NCBI GenBank assembly: GCA_040756235.1
Contig: JBFLZG010000114.1
Location: 32,001 to 96,000, forward strand
From: a bacterium
GTDB lineage: Bacteria > Desulfobacterota > DSWW01
Reading direction: 5' to 3'
Length of the DNA: 64,000 nucleotides
Shown here one piece after another: positions 36,532 to 46,665 of this stretch. The stretch's first letter is position 1. Each line of letters opens with the position of its first letter. The notes under the pieces were generated by a model. The model saw only the letters and a list, made by a program, of their open reading frames with translations, ran no database searches and was not told the origin of the DNA. A program made the translations under genes and the position numbers.

Positions 36532-37548
36532 ATGGACCGGATCCGGAAAAGAGGTTGGCTATGTTCGATCGTCTTGGGCCTTGCGCTGAGCATGGTCGTC
36601 CTGTCGGCAGCGCAAGCCTTCAATCAACCACCCTATAATCTGGGCCTTACCAACGCTTTTGACGGCGCCATCCCCGGTCCGGGCCTGTACCTGATGGCTT
36701 ACACCCAGTTCTACAGCGCGGACGAGCTCGCCGTGAACGACGACGTTCCGCAGCCCGTGAGGTCCATCCTCGAGGACACCGAGCTCATCGCCTTGTCCGC
36801 CGCCTGGCAGATCGCCTGGATCACCAAACTGGAGCTCTTGGGCGCCTTCCTGGGCTGGAACGTCGTCATTCCCGTCGTGGTGTTCGACACGGACGGCCCC
36901 ATCAACTCTTTTGTCCGGAGTCTGCCCATTCCCGGCGATCGGATCGAGGATACCGGGGGCCTGGGGGACATCATCACCGGGCCGGTGATCCAGTGGAGCG
37001 GGAAGAGCCTTTTCAGCCGCCCCTATTTCCACCGCATCGAGCTCGACGTGATCGTCCCTACCGGCAAATACTCGGATGACTTCCTGATCAACGCGGGCTC
37101 GAACATCGTGACCTTCAACCCCTACTACGCATTCACCTGGTTTCCCACGCCCAAGACGGACGTGAGCTTCCGCATCCATTATGCCTGGAACTCGACCAAC
37201 AAGAACCCGTACGAGTCGCTCTATGGGCCCGACGCGGAGCTGCAGCCGGGCCAGAACTTCCATTTCAATTACACGCTGCAGCAGAACCTCTACAAGTCGC
37301 TCTGGATGGGAGCCGCCGGATACTGCATGTGGCAGCTCACGGACGACGATCTGAAGGACTCGGCCCTGGAGGGGACTCCTCTGGCCGACGCCCTCGTCCA
37401 GAAAGAGCGCGTGTTCGGGATCGGGCCGATCCTGACGATCACGCCGATCAAGAACATGTTCCTGAGCTGGGCCACGGCCTTCGAGGTCGGCGTGAAGAAC
37501 CGCCCCGAAGGGTTCAAGACGACCTTCAAGATCTTATACGGGTTCTGA
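36532..37548 (+). CDS. SphA / phenol-degradation MetA-pathway family outer-membrane beta-barrel
   Basis: Signal peptide, NLGLTNAFDGAIPGPGLY, GLGDIITGP, VPTGKYS, QPGQNFHFNY, WQLTDD, FGIGP, terminal Phe. RBS AAGGAG. Confidence 0.82.
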   Translation: MDRIRKRGWLCSIVLGLALSMVVLSAAQAFNQPPYNLGLTNAFDGAIPGPGLYLMAYTQFYSADELAVNDDVPQPVRSILEDTELIALSAAWQIAWITKLELLGAFLGWNVVIPVVVFDTDGPINSFVRSLPIPGDRIEDTGGLGDIITGPVIQWSGKSLFSRPYFHRIELDVIVPTGKYSDDFLINAGSNIVTFNPYYAFTWFPTPKTDVSFRIHYAWNSTNKNPYESLYGPDAELQPGQNFHFNYTLQQNLYKSLWMGAAGYCMWQLTDDDLKDSALEGTPLADALVQKERVFGIGPILTITPIKNMFLSWATAFEVGVKNRPEGFKTTFKILYGF

Positions 37549-37676
37549 GTGCTGCTGGTCACACAATTTGGCTGCGCATCCTTGAGCTTGATTTCCCATT
37601 GCGATGTGGCGACCGGCAGCAACCATGGGATTTTGCGAGGCTCACAGCGCCGCGGCAAGCCGCAAGTCACGGCCTC

Positions 37677-37703
37677 GTAGGGGCGGATGGCCATACGCCC
37701 CAC
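37677..37703. repeat. REP palindrome (degenerate copy of 42850-42877)
   Basis: GTAGGGGCGGATGGCCATACGCCCCAC between convergent genes. Confidence 0.7.
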
Positions 37704-37707
37704 CTCC

Positions 37708-39063
37708 TCAATCCCCGATGAGCACCAGATAATCGAGCACGGCCTCCCCGCCGGGCGGTACGGCCAGCTCGAACTCCACGGTCTGGGCGTCCTTCTTCTT
37801 CACCGGCGGCGGCTTGCCGATCAGCTGCCAGTCTCCCCAATGGTGCTCCGCGACCAGCACGGTGACGGGCCGGGCCTTCCGGCTTCGGATCCGGATCTCG
37901 ATCGTCTCCTGGCGCGAGCCCCTTGCCACCTGTGTCCTTTCCTTGACGGTGCGCTCGCCGGTCAGGTCGAAGGCGGCCCCCAGCTTCACCTGCACCTGCT
38001 CGTCCATGGCCGTGTTCTCGATCCGGTCCTCTCCGATGAAGATCTGCGATCCCTGGTCGTCCTCCCGGTAGATGCGAAGCCGGCCGGCAGGCAGAGGAAG
38101 GCCGGGGCCGTGCTGCCGGTCATTGCGGAACCGGATCCCGGCCAGGACCGTGCGCTTTGACCGTTGCCCCTCGTAGCGGTACGTCTTCTCGATGTCGAAT
38201 TCGACCGGGGCGAACAAGGAGAGCTGCCGGGCCTGGCGGTCGGGCAAGGTCGCGGCCCGGCCGAGACGATACAGGTGATATTCGGAGAAAGGTTCCTCAT
38301 CCGGAAAGGGCGCTGCCTCGGCCTTGGCCCGGAGCGAGTCCTCGGGCTGCACGCGCAGGGGGACCGGCTGGGCCCTGTGGACCTCGCCTGCGACCAGGTT
38401 GACCTGGACATCGGCGAAGCTCTTTCCGGAGGCGTTTTCTACGGTCGCCCACGCGGAAAGCTTCAAGCGGTCTTCGTCCCGGCTGGCCAGCGCCGCGTAT
38501 TCAGTTTGCCAGCCGAGCCCGCCGGTCAGATACGAAATCTCGATCCGGTGGCTGCCCGCTTTGCCGCTGTCCAGCAGCCAGGTGAGCGTCGGCCGGGTGA
38601 TCAGATCCTCCGGCAGGGCGGGGAAGCGGACGGTGGCCACGTTGTCCGCCTTGACCAGCCGGAGCGCGCCGTCTTCCGTCTGCAGCAGCAGGTCGCCTGC
38701 AGCGAGCCGGAGCAGAGTGCCCGGAAAAGCCTGTCCCTGCTTGTCCCCGACGATGATCGGGCGGCCCACGGACTTCTCCAGGACGCGATCCGCGTCCGCC
38801 AGGTCGAACTCGAAGCGTTGTTCCAGCAGCCGGATCGATGCCGCAGGCCCCGCAGCCCGGAAGGTAACGGAGGCCGGGTCGATCTGGGCCGGGATGTCCG
38901 CGAGCTTGTGCTCCTGCTCTCCTCGAGACAGCGTCAGGGTTCGCACCTCCCTCGCGAGGGCGAAGCGGTCGGCGTACACCGTCACCGTATCGCGTTCCTC
39001 GGCCAGGAGCAGAGCCGGCACGGCTGCAAGAAGCAGGGCCAGAAAGTAGCGCTTCGGTTTCAT
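37708..39063 (-). CDS. DUF4139 domain-containing secreted protein
   Basis: Signal peptide MKPKRYFLALL; IDPASV, LLEQRFEFDL, SYLTGGLGW, LVAGEV, FSEYHLY, GLPLPAGR, FIGEDRI, LGAAFD. Confidence 0.8.
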   Translation of the reverse strand: MKPKRYFLALLLAAVPALLLAEERDTVTVYADRFALAREVRTLTLSRGEQEHKLADIPAQIDPASVTFRAAGPAASIRLLEQRFEFDLADADRVLEKSVGRPIIVGDKQGQAFPGTLLRLAAGDLLLQTEDGALRLVKADNVATVRFPALPEDLITRPTLTWLLDSGKAGSHRIEISYLTGGLGWQTEYAALASRDEDRLKLSAWATVENASGKSFADVQVNLVAGEVHRAQPVPLRVQPEDSLRAKAEAAPFPDEEPFSEYHLYRLGRAATLPDRQARQLSLFAPVEFDIEKTYRYEGQRSKRTVLAGIRFRNDRQHGPGLPLPAGRLRIYREDDQGSQIFIGEDRIENTAMDEQVQVKLGAAFDLTGERTVKERTQVARGSRQETIEIRIRSRKARPVTVLVAEHHWGDWQLIGKPPPVKKKDAQTVEFELAVPPGGEAVLDYLVLIGD

Positions 39064-39283
39064 GGAGACTGCCTTTCCTGTTTGGCTGATCGCTGCCCGC
39101 ATCCTCCGGTTACACTATCATCGCCGGCTTTAAATGTGGACCGCGCTCGAGGGTCCCGGAGGCGGGCCGCCCCTTTTTCGGACCGCGCCGCAGCTTGACT
39201 TTGCGAATCGGAACCAAGATAAGCTGAAGGGCCGCAGTTTCCCGTCCTAGTCGGAAGGCAAGAGGAGATCAGGAGGAGGGGCG

Positions 39284-40789
39284 ATGACGACACCGATTCA
39301 GCAGAAGATCCGCGACAAGACCATCACGGCCAGGCAATGGGCGGACATGGTGCAATCGGGCGACTGGATCCTCACGGGTGCGGTTGCCGGCGAATCCACG
39401 GTCTGCATGGAGGAGCTGGGGCCTCGCCTCGGCAACGGCCCCGGCCAGGTGAAGGACCTCGAGCTCTGGGCCGGGGTGCGGGTGATTCCCTTGCACAGCA
39501 TCAAGGAGGTGGACCCGGAGGAAAAGTTCCACGTGCTGCACGAAGTGTTCTTCATGGCCTGGGAGCGCAGGCACCGGGACGAGCGCGGCACGATCGACTG
39601 GAACCACTGGGCCTGGTCGTTCGGCTCCTGGACCCAGTTCTACAGGTGGTATCACAAGGACAAGAGCCGGCGCGCGCTCGACTGGATGGTCACCGCCGTG
39701 AGCCCGCCTGAGGGCGGTTACTTCAATACCTCCTACGGCACCAACGAGACCGTAATGTTTTCCAAGTGCGCCAAGAAGGTGGTCCTCGAGGTCCGCGAGG
39801 ACTACCCGTGGGCCGAGCCGGGAGCGAACAATCTCCTCCACATCGACGACATCGACTACATCGTGGAGGTGGACTGTGAGAAGTACCGCTGGCCGCAGAG
39901 GCCCGAGCCGGAAGGGGGGGCGGTCGAGCGCAAGATCGCGGAGCACTGCCTCGGCATCATGGACCACGGAGACTGCATCCAGCTCGGGATCGGCGCGCTC
40001 CCGACCGCGGTGGCCAAGGCGGTGGCCAAGCATGGCCTGAAGCACCTGGGCATCCACACCGAGATGCTGCAGGAGGGGCTCATGGCCCTGATCGAGGCCG
40101 GGTGCGTGGATAACTCCCGGAAGCCGTTCGACCGCGGCCGCAGCGTCTTCACCTTCGCCTTTCCCTTCCAGTGGAAGCGCTACTACGACTTCGTGCATCG
40201 GAACCCCGCGCTGGCCGTCTACGACATCACGTACACGAACAACGCGAACGTTCTGACCCGGATCGACAACATGGTCGCCATCGACAATTGCGTGGCCATC
40301 GACCTGTACGGCCAGCAGGTGGCAGGCCATTACGCGGGCCGGCCCATTTCGAGCAGCGGCGGGTACTGGGATTTCATCACTTTCTGCCAGATGGCCCGGG
40401 GCGGGAGGAGCATCGCCACGATCACCTCCAGGAGCAAGCACGGCACTTCCCGGATCGTGCCCCAGCTGCCGCCCGGCAGCGTCGTGGACGTGTGCGCCCA
40501 GTCCGCGAACTGGGTCGCCACCGAGTACGGCATCGTGTGCCTGCGGGGGCTGACCGGGTACGAGAGAGCGCGGGCCCTGATCTCCATCGCCCACCCGGAC
40601 GATCGGGAGCACTTGGAGCGCGAGGCTTACCGGCTGAACCTCATCCCCAAGAATTTCCCGGGCTCCATGTGGCCGCCCGAGAAGCGGCGCTACCCGGATT
40701 TCATGACCGAACGGAAGAACTGGAAGACGCCTTACGGGAGCGTCCTCTGGGGATACGACTTTGAGGACGACGGCTGGTCCGGGAAGTAG
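39284..40789 (+). CDS. Acetyl-CoA hydrolase/CoA-transferase family protein (4-hydroxybutyrate CoA-transferase-like)
   Basis: VSPP..GYF, GDCIQLGIGALP, LGIHTEM (catalytic Glu), IDLYGQ, SRIVPQL, ATEYGIV.LRG, ISIAHPDDRE. Confidence 0.88.
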   Translation: MTTPIQQKIRDKTITARQWADMVQSGDWILTGAVAGESTVCMEELGPRLGNGPGQVKDLELWAGVRVIPLHSIKEVDPEEKFHVLHEVFFMAWERRHRDERGTIDWNHWAWSFGSWTQFYRWYHKDKSRRALDWMVTAVSPPEGGYFNTSYGTNETVMFSKCAKKVVLEVREDYPWAEPGANNLLHIDDIDYIVEVDCEKYRWPQRPEPEGGAVERKIAEHCLGIMDHGDCIQLGIGALPTAVAKAVAKHGLKHLGIHTEMLQEGLMALIEAGCVDNSRKPFDRGRSVFTFAFPFQWKRYYDFVHRNPALAVYDITYTNNANVLTRIDNMVAIDNCVAIDLYGQQVAGHYAGRPISSSGGYWDFITFCQMARGGRSIATITSRSKHGTSRIVPQLPPGSVVDVCAQSANWVATEYGIVCLRGLTGYERARALISIAHPDDREHLEREAYRLNLIPKNFPGSMWPPEKRRYPDFMTERKNWKTPYGSVLWGYDFEDDGWSGK

Positions 40790-40952
40790 AGGCTGGCGAT
40801 AAACGCCCATCTGCTGCGTTGCGCTCGTGGCGCGGCATAGAGGCGGGGGAGCCTGCCCCGGCGAAGGCCGGGGTCATTGCGGCGTACTTCCATGTACGCC
40901 TCATTCCTCAGGACTTCGCGCGCCTTGCATCTGGGCATTTCTCGTCAGCCTC
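40789..40952. mobile_element. MITE-like intergenic repeat, copy 1
   Basis: Ends GAGGCTGGCGATAAACGCCCATCTGC and GCATCTGGGCATTTCTCGTCAGCCTC (21/26 inverted). Internal sequence is shared with 58967-59238. Confidence 0.75.
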
Positions 40953-40979
40953 TCCAGAGCAAGAAGAGATCAGGATGAT

Positions 40980-41012
40980 AAAGGGGGCAGTTCTTCTTGT
41001 CCCCTTTTCTTG
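40980..41012 (+). terminator. Probable rho-independent terminator
   Basis: AAAGGGGGCAG-TTCTTC-TTGTCCCCTTT stem followed by a T-rich run. Confidence 0.5.
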
Positions 41013-41130
41013 TTCCTCACTCAAGGCTCCTCGTCCGGATGTGAGCTGTTCCTCCCGGAGGCTTGACAGGGCGATCCTTCCTGGGAAAAAGTAGCTTCGT
41101 TCCGCCGTTTCAAATTACGAGGAGCAAAGA

Positions 41131-42843
41131 ATGCAGAATCGAACGTTGAGCTACGACTATGGGAAAACGGAAGATCCCCTTCTGTACACCCCCATCGGGG
41201 ACTACCTCGGGGAGATCGCCCAACGGGTGCCGCAGAACGATGCGCTGGTTTCGGTCTATCAGGACAAGCGTTTCACTTACCGTGAGTTCGATCGGATCAC
41301 GAGCGACTTTGCCAAGGGCCTGATGAGGCTCGGGATCGCCAAGGGCGATCGGGTGGGGATCTGGGCCGTGAACCGCTGGGAGTGGGTCCTCACCCAGTTC
41401 GCCACCGCCAAGATGGGCGCGATCCTGGTGAACATCAATCCCGCCTACCGGACCCACGAGCTCAAGTACGCCCTGCAGCAGTCGGGCACGCAGACCCTCA
41501 TTCTCATGGATTCGTTCAAACAATCTCAGTACCGCGAGATGCTGCTCTCGATCTGTCCCGAGGCGGATCGGGCGAAGCCGGGCGCCCTGCAGTCCGCCGG
41601 GCTGCCGCAGCTGCGCAACCTGATCCTCCTGGACGAGCGGCATCCCGGCATGTTCACCTTTGACGAGGTCCTGCAGGGCGGCCGCGAGGTCCCGGACGAG
41701 GATCTCGCCAGGCGCATGGCCGGCATCGACCCCGATGACGATATCAACATTCAATACACCTCGGGCACGACCGGCTTTCCGAAAGGCGTCACCCTGACCC
41801 ACTTCAACATCCTGAACAACGGCTACCACATCGCCAGGGTCATGCGATTCACGGAGCAGGACCGGCTGTGCATTCCGGTCCCGTTCTATCACTGTTTCGG
41901 GATGGTTCTGTCCAACCTCGCGTGCGTGACCGCCGGCGCCACCATGGTGATTCCGTCGCCGAGCTTCGAGCCGATCGCGGTCTTCGAGGCCGTGGTCCGG
42001 GAGAAGTGCACGGCCCTGCACGGTGTGCCCACCATGTTCATCGCCGAGCTGAACCACCCGGACTTCGGCAAGTACGACCTGTGCTCCCTTCGCACCGGCA
42101 TCATGGCCGGCGCCCCCTGCCCCATCGAGACCATGAAGGAAGTCATCGCCAAGATGAACATGCAGGAGGTCGTGATCGCCTACGGCCAGACCGAGTCCTC
42201 TCCGGTCACCACGATGACACGGATCGAAGACGCCTTCGAGCGCCGCGTCTCCAGCGTAGGCCGGGTGATGCCCTGGCAGGAGCTGAAGATCACCGACCCG
42301 GTCACCGGCGCGACGGTCGAGCGCGGCCAGCAGGGGGAGCTGTGCTTCCGGGGCTATCAGGTGATGAGCCGCTACTACAACAATCCGGCGGCCACGGAGG
42401 AGGCGATCGATCCGAAACGGTGGCTCCACAGCGGCGACCTCGGGACCATGGACGAGGCGGGCTACGTGAAGATCACCGGCCGCATCAAGGAGATGGTCAT
42501 CCGGGGCGGCGAGAACGTCTATCCGCGGGAGATCGAGGAGTTCCTGCGGATGCACCCGAAGATCATGGACGTCTATGTCCACGGCGTGCCGGACGTCAAG
42601 TACGGCGAGGAGCTCATGGCCTGGGTCCTGCCCAGGTCAGGGGAAGCGCTCTTGGAAGAAGAGATGAAGGAATTCTGCAAGGGGAAGATCGCACATTTCA
42701 AGGTTCCCAGGTACTGGAAGTTCGTGCGCAGCGCCGACGACTTCCCCATGACCGTGACCGGGAAGATCCAGAAGTTCCGCATGCGGGAGATCGCGATTCG
42801 GGAGCTGGGCCTGGAGGAGGCGGCCAGGATCCAAACCGCGTGA
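41131..42843 (+). CDS. AMP-binding acyl-CoA synthetase (ACSF2-like)
   Basis: [60 protein letters not shown]. Confidence 0.93.
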   Translation: MQNRTLSYDYGKTEDPLLYTPIGDYLGEIAQRVPQNDALVSVYQDKRFTYREFDRITSDFAKGLMRLGIAKGDRVGIWAVNRWEWVLTQFATAKMGAILVNINPAYRTHELKYALQQSGTQTLILMDSFKQSQYREMLLSICPEADRAKPGALQSAGLPQLRNLILLDERHPGMFTFDEVLQGGREVPDEDLARRMAGIDPDDDINIQYTSGTTGFPKGVTLTHFNILNNGYHIARVMRFTEQDRLCIPVPFYHCFGMVLSNLACVTAGATMVIPSPSFEPIAVFEAVVREKCTALHGVPTMFIAELNHPDFGKYDLCSLRTGIMAGAPCPIETMKEVIAKMNMQEVVIAYGQTESSPVTTMTRIEDAFERRVSSVGRVMPWQELKITDPVTGATVERGQQGELCFRGYQVMSRYYNNPAATEEAIDPKRWLHSGDLGTMDEAGYVKITGRIKEMVIRGGENVYPREIEEFLRMHPKIMDVYVHGVPDVKYGEELMAWVLPRSGEALLEEEMKEFCKGKIAHFKVPRYWKFVRSADDFPMTVTGKIQKFRMREIAIRELGLEEAARIQTA

Positions 42844-42849
42844 GCGCTC

Positions 42850-42877
42850 GTAGGGGCGTATGGCCATACGCCCCTAC
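42850..42877. repeat. Perfect 28-bp REP palindrome
   Basis: GTAGGGGCGTATGGCCATACGCCCCTAC between convergent genes; supplies the stop codon of the minus-strand gene. Confidence 0.8.
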
Positions 42878-43401
42878 TGCAGGGGGCCCTTGAGGAGGCG
42901 TACATCGTCGATCCAGGCCGTGCCCTTTCCCTCGACGACCAGGTTGAGCTTGATCCTGTCCGGCTTCTCGCCCTTCTTCAGGAAAAAGGGCGTCTCCTCG
43001 GTCGTCCAGTCGGTCGTTCCCGTGAGCGGGGACTGGAGGCCGCGGGAAAAGAACTCCCCCTGTCCGGGGAAGTGGCACCACATCTCCAGGAAGACTTTCC
43101 CCTCCGCGAGCTCTGTCCGGACCCGCGCCTGGTAGATGAGCCGAGCCTCCTCGACTTCGATTCCGGCTACTTCGTAAAGTCGAACGACCGTGGGCTCCGC
43201 CGCATCGATGCGCAGGGAGCCGTTGCCGTCGCTCGAGGTCTCTCGGTCGAGCCGCACCCCGGATTGAGTGAGCACGCCTTCCTGGCTGTCTACCGGGAAC
43301 CTTCTGAGCTCGGTTGCCTGACCCGAGCTCCGGGTACAGGCGGACAGGAGGGCGAGTGCGGTCAGGCCGGCCAGCAGCGAGGCCCGGATTGCGAAAGGCA
43401 T
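42874..43401 (-). CDS. Hypothetical lipoprotein
   Basis: Hydrophobic leader with lipobox LSAC, RBS GAGGAG, beta-rich mature part. Confidence 0.7.
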   Translation of the reverse strand: MPFAIRASLLAGLTALALLSACTRSSGQATELRRFPVDSQEGVLTQSGVRLDRETSSDGNGSLRIDAAEPTVVRLYEVAGIEVEEARLIYQARVRTELAEGKVFLEMWCHFPGQGEFFSRGLQSPLTGTTDWTTEETPFFLKKGEKPDRIKLNLVVEGKGTAWIDDVRLLKGPLQ

Positions 43402-43467
43402 GACTTTCTCCTCATGTTCTTCGAAGGCTTCCCTTTCTCCTTTTCCCTTTCCCCTTTGACCTGTCCT

Positions 43468-43875
43468 TCAGTCCTTCGTCAGGAGGGCCGGACAGGAGGT
43501 CGTTTCCTGGCTCTGGGCCTCCCGGATCGCAACGAGATAGATCTCGCCGTCCGAGAGGTTCTTCAAGGCGTGCTCGACTCCGGGCAGGATCTCGAAGAGC
43601 GCCGGACCGCGGCCCTCGACGGCGATCTCCTGAACGTCCCCGTTCCGCCCGGATCGCCAGGCGAGCCGGGCGGGCCCGCCGAACATGAGCAGCCATTCAC
43701 GGGCGTGCGGGTGAAGGTGGTTGCCCCGGACCGAGCCCGGGAGCAAGGAGACGACGTGCAGATCTCCCAGCGATTCCGCGCTCTGGCCGGAAGCTTCGAG
43801 GAGATCGACCCGCCATCCTCGCGGATCTTTCTCTCCGGGACCGACGGATGGATGAAGCAGCCTGACGCCTTCCAA
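43468..43875 (-). CDS. Cupin-fold protein (WxcM/sugar-epimerase-like)
   Basis: DPRGW, PGSVRGNHLHPHAREW, PGVEHALKN; TTG start. Confidence 0.7.
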   Translation of the reverse strand: MEGVRLLHPSVGPGEKDPRGWRVDLLEASGQSAESLGDLHVVSLLPGSVRGNHLHPHAREWLLMFGGPARLAWRSGRNGDVQEIAVEGRGPALFEILPGVEHALKNLSDGEIYLVAIREAQSQETTSCPALLTKD

Positions 43876-43896
43876 GGACCGTTCCTTTCGTATCCG

Positions 43897-44883
43897 TCAT
43901 GAGAAGGAGAGAACGATCTTGCCCGTGTTCTCGTTCTTCTCCATGCGCAAAGTGGCCTCGTGAACCCTGTCGAAGGGGAACACGGAGTCGACCACCGGCC
44001 GCAGCCGGCCGGAGTCGAAGTGGGGGAGGACGTCATGGGCAAAGGCGCGGGTGGCCGAGATCTTCTCCTCGAGGGGCCGAGAACGGAAGACCGTTCCGAT
44101 GATGCGGAGCCGCTTGGTGAGGACCGTCGCAAGGGGGGTCTCGGCAGAGGCGCCGCTCATCAGACCGAACAGGATGAGCGTGCCGCCCGCACGGAGCAAG
44201 GCGAGGTGTTGCCTCCAGTAAGCTGCGCCCACCGTATCCAGGACGAGGTCCAGCGCGTGCGGGCCGAATTCCTTCTCCACCACCGCCTGAAAACCTTCTT
44301 CTCTATAGTTCACGGCCCGGAACGGCGCGATTCGACCCATTCTCTCCAGCTTCTCCGCACTGCCGGCCGTTCCGACGGCCCGGGCTCCCCAGAGATGGAC
44401 GAGCTGCAGGGCCGCGCTCCCGACCCCCCCGGCAACGGAGTGGACCAGAACGAGGTCGCCAGGCCTCAACCCGCCCTGGGTCACCAGGGCGTCGTGCGCG
44501 GCCAGGAAGGCCTCCGGCACCGCCGCGGCTTCGACGTCGGACAGCCTCTCGGGCACCGAAACGGCCAGTCGCTGATGGGTGACTACTTGATCCGCGTAGG
44601 CGCCTCCGGGCACCACGCCGAAGACGCGCTCCCCTCCTTTCCACTCCGTGACGCGCTCGCCGATCTGATCGATCCTGCCGACGAACTCGAGTCCCGGAAC
44701 GTCGGCAGGGGCGCCCGGCGGGGCCGGATAGAGGCCGCGGCGCTGCAGGAGGTCGGCGCGGTTCAGGGCGGCAGCCGAGACCCGGACGCGAATCCACTCG
44801 CCCGTGGCCGCGAGCTCCGGCCTCTCACGGATCTCGAGTCGTTCGACCTCGGCACCGAACTGTGAGATCACGGCGCACCGCAT
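43897..44883 (-). CDS. NAD(P)H-quinone oxidoreductase (PIG3/zeta-crystallin family)
   Basis: Start MRCAVISQFG; NRADLLQRRGLYPAPPG, PGLEFVG, GGVGSAA, GTVFRSR, TGKIVL. Confidence 0.9.
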   Translation of the reverse strand: MRCAVISQFGAEVERLEIRERPELAATGEWIRVRVSAAALNRADLLQRRGLYPAPPGAPADVPGLEFVGRIDQIGERVTEWKGGERVFGVVPGGAYADQVVTHQRLAVSVPERLSDVEAAAVPEAFLAAHDALVTQGGLRPGDLVLVHSVAGGVGSAALQLVHLWGARAVGTAGSAEKLERMGRIAPFRAVNYREEGFQAVVEKEFGPHALDLVLDTVGAAYWRQHLALLRAGGTLILFGLMSGASAETPLATVLTKRLRIIGTVFRSRPLEEKISATRAFAHDVLPHFDSGRLRPVVDSVFPFDRVHEATLRMEKNENTGKIVLSFS

Positions 44884-44920
44884 GGACGTCCTCCGCGGAG
44901 ACGGCCCGAAGGCAAGGCGG

Positions 44921-44950
44921 CGTATGGGCGAAAAATTTTTCGCCCATACG
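44921..44950. repeat. Perfect 30-bp REP palindrome, GGCGAAA...TTTCGCC family
   Basis: CGTATGGGCGAAAAATTTTTCGCCCATACG. Confidence 0.8.
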
Positions 44951-44975
44951 GTACGCCTGTTCTTTCGAGGGCCTG

Positions 44976-46040
44976 CTACTCTAGCCGGACGCACCAGCCA
45001 TACCGGTCCGGTCTTTCCCCGTATTGGATGCCCGTGATCTCCTCGTAGAGCTTGTGGGCGATGGGGCCGGTCTTGCCGCCGTGGACGGTGATCGTCCTGT
45101 CCTTGTGCTGGATCAGACCCACGGGAGAGATCACGGCCGCGGTTCCGGTGCCGAATGCTTCCTGCAGCCTCCCGTCCCGGGCTGCGTCCAGGATCTCCTC
45201 GATCGAGATCCTGCGCTCCTCCACGGGGATGCCCCAGTCGCGGGCGATCTCGATGACCGAAGTCCGGGTCACGCCTTGCAGGATGGTTCCCTCCAGGGCG
45301 GGCGTGACCAGGCGTCCGTCCAGGCAGAAGAACATGTTCATCGTGCCGACTTCCTCGACGTAGCGCCTTTCGTTCGCATCGAGCCACAGGATCTGGGAGA
45401 AGCCTTTCTGGATGGCCTCCTGGGCGGCCAGAAGGGTGGCCGCATAGTTGGCCGGCGTCTTGGCCATCCCCAGACCCCCCTTGGCGGCCCGGATGTATTC
45501 CGTGGAGGTGATCAGACTGACCGGATTGACTCCCTCCTTGTAGTAGAGCCCCACGGGAGAGGTGATGATCATGTACCGGTAGGACTTGGACACCTTCACG
45601 CCGAGGTAGCTGTCCGAGGCAATGATGAAAGGCCTGATGTAAAGGGAATAGCCCCTCTTCTTCGGGATCCATGCTTTGTCGATCGTCAGGAGCGTCTTCA
45701 GAGGGGTGATGAAGGCGTCGTACTCGGTCTCCGGAATGCAGAGCCTCCGGCAGGAGCGGTTGAATCTCTCGTGGTATTTCTCGGGACGGAAGAGCTGGAC
45801 GATGCCCTTTTCCGTCCGGAACGCCTTCAGGCCTTCGAAGACCATCTGCCCGTAATGGAGACAGCACATCGAAGGCAGAACGTCCATGGGACCGAAAGGG
45901 ACGATCCGCGGAGTTCGCCAGGTTCCCGCCTGGTAGTCCATGACGAACATGTGATCCGAGAAGATTTCACCGAACCCGAGATTCTCGAGATCGGTGGAAG
46001 TGATCCTGCTGGAGCGCACCCTCTGGATTTCAAGGTCCAC
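44976..46040 (-). CDS. ilvE: Branched-chain amino acid aminotransferase
   Basis: LGFGEIFSDHM, LHYGQMVFEGLKA, LYIRPF, AKTPANYA, EEVGTMN, ILQGVTR, FGTGTAAVISP. Confidence 0.93.
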   Translation of the reverse strand: MDLEIQRVRSSRITSTDLENLGFGEIFSDHMFVMDYQAGTWRTPRIVPFGPMDVLPSMCCLHYGQMVFEGLKAFRTEKGIVQLFRPEKYHERFNRSCRRLCIPETEYDAFITPLKTLLTIDKAWIPKKRGYSLYIRPFIIASDSYLGVKVSKSYRYMIITSPVGLYYKEGVNPVSLITSTEYIRAAKGGLGMAKTPANYAATLLAAQEAIQKGFSQILWLDANERRYVEEVGTMNMFFCLDGRLVTPALEGTILQGVTRTSVIEIARDWGIPVEERRISIEEILDAARDGRLQEAFGTGTAAVISPVGLIQHKDRTITVHGGKTGPIAHKLYEEITGIQYGERPDRYGWCVRLE

Positions 46041-46186
46041 GACTTTCCTCCAAGCTTGGCGGTTGCGCGTATCGCGAAGGAGAAGGAAGATCCCCCCGGA
46101 ATCTCGCTTCTGGCTGGCGGCTGCCGACGAATTGCCATAGAATAAATCCTTTAATGGAGGACTGCAAACGCCGTGGAGGATGAGCG

Positions 46187-46648
46187 ATGCTCCTGTACGT
46201 GGTGCGCCATGGAGAGGCCCAACCGCAGCAGGCGGACCCGGGCTTGACGGAGAATGGGAAGAAAAACGTGCAGAAGATTGCGGAGTTCCTTCAGGGGATG
46301 GGGGTCCTTGTGGAGAGCATCGAGGAGAGCGGGAGGAAGAGGGCGAGCCAGACGGCAGCCATCATGGCCGCGGCCCTCACTCCCGGCCGGATGGCGGCGC
46401 GGGCGGGCGGTCTGGGGCCCAATGACCCCGTGGATCCGGTAGCCGAGCGCCTCGAGTCCGAGGCCGCGGACCGCATGCTGGTCGGTCACCTTCCCTTCCT
46501 GGCTCGCCTGGTTTCACGGTTGCTGCTCGGCAGGGAGGATCCGGAGATCTTCCTGTTTCAACCGGCAGGAACGATCTGCCTGGAGCGAGGTGCCAACCTG
46601 CGCTGGACCATGCGGTGGATGATCGGTCCTGACATGCTGTCGACCTGA
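46187..46648 (+). CDS. sixA: Phosphohistidine phosphatase SixA
   Basis: LYVVRHGEA, RASQTA, MLVGHLPFLARL. Confidence 0.85.
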   Translation: MLLYVVRHGEAQPQQADPGLTENGKKNVQKIAEFLQGMGVLVESIEESGRKRASQTAAIMAAALTPGRMAARAGGLGPNDPVDPVAERLESEAADRMLVGHLPFLARLVSRLLLGREDPEIFLFQPAGTICLERGANLRWTMRWMIGPDMLST

Positions 46649-46665
46649 GATCGAAAGCCGGCCGC

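Noticed and set aside
10940..45867. Long 5' extensions of ORFs 10940-12814, 24733-25998, 26521-27582, 32146-34692 and 43897-45867
   Set aside because: Each extension overlaps a well-supported neighbouring gene in another frame. Family motifs begin at the internal starts used above, so these are not fusions or frameshifts.
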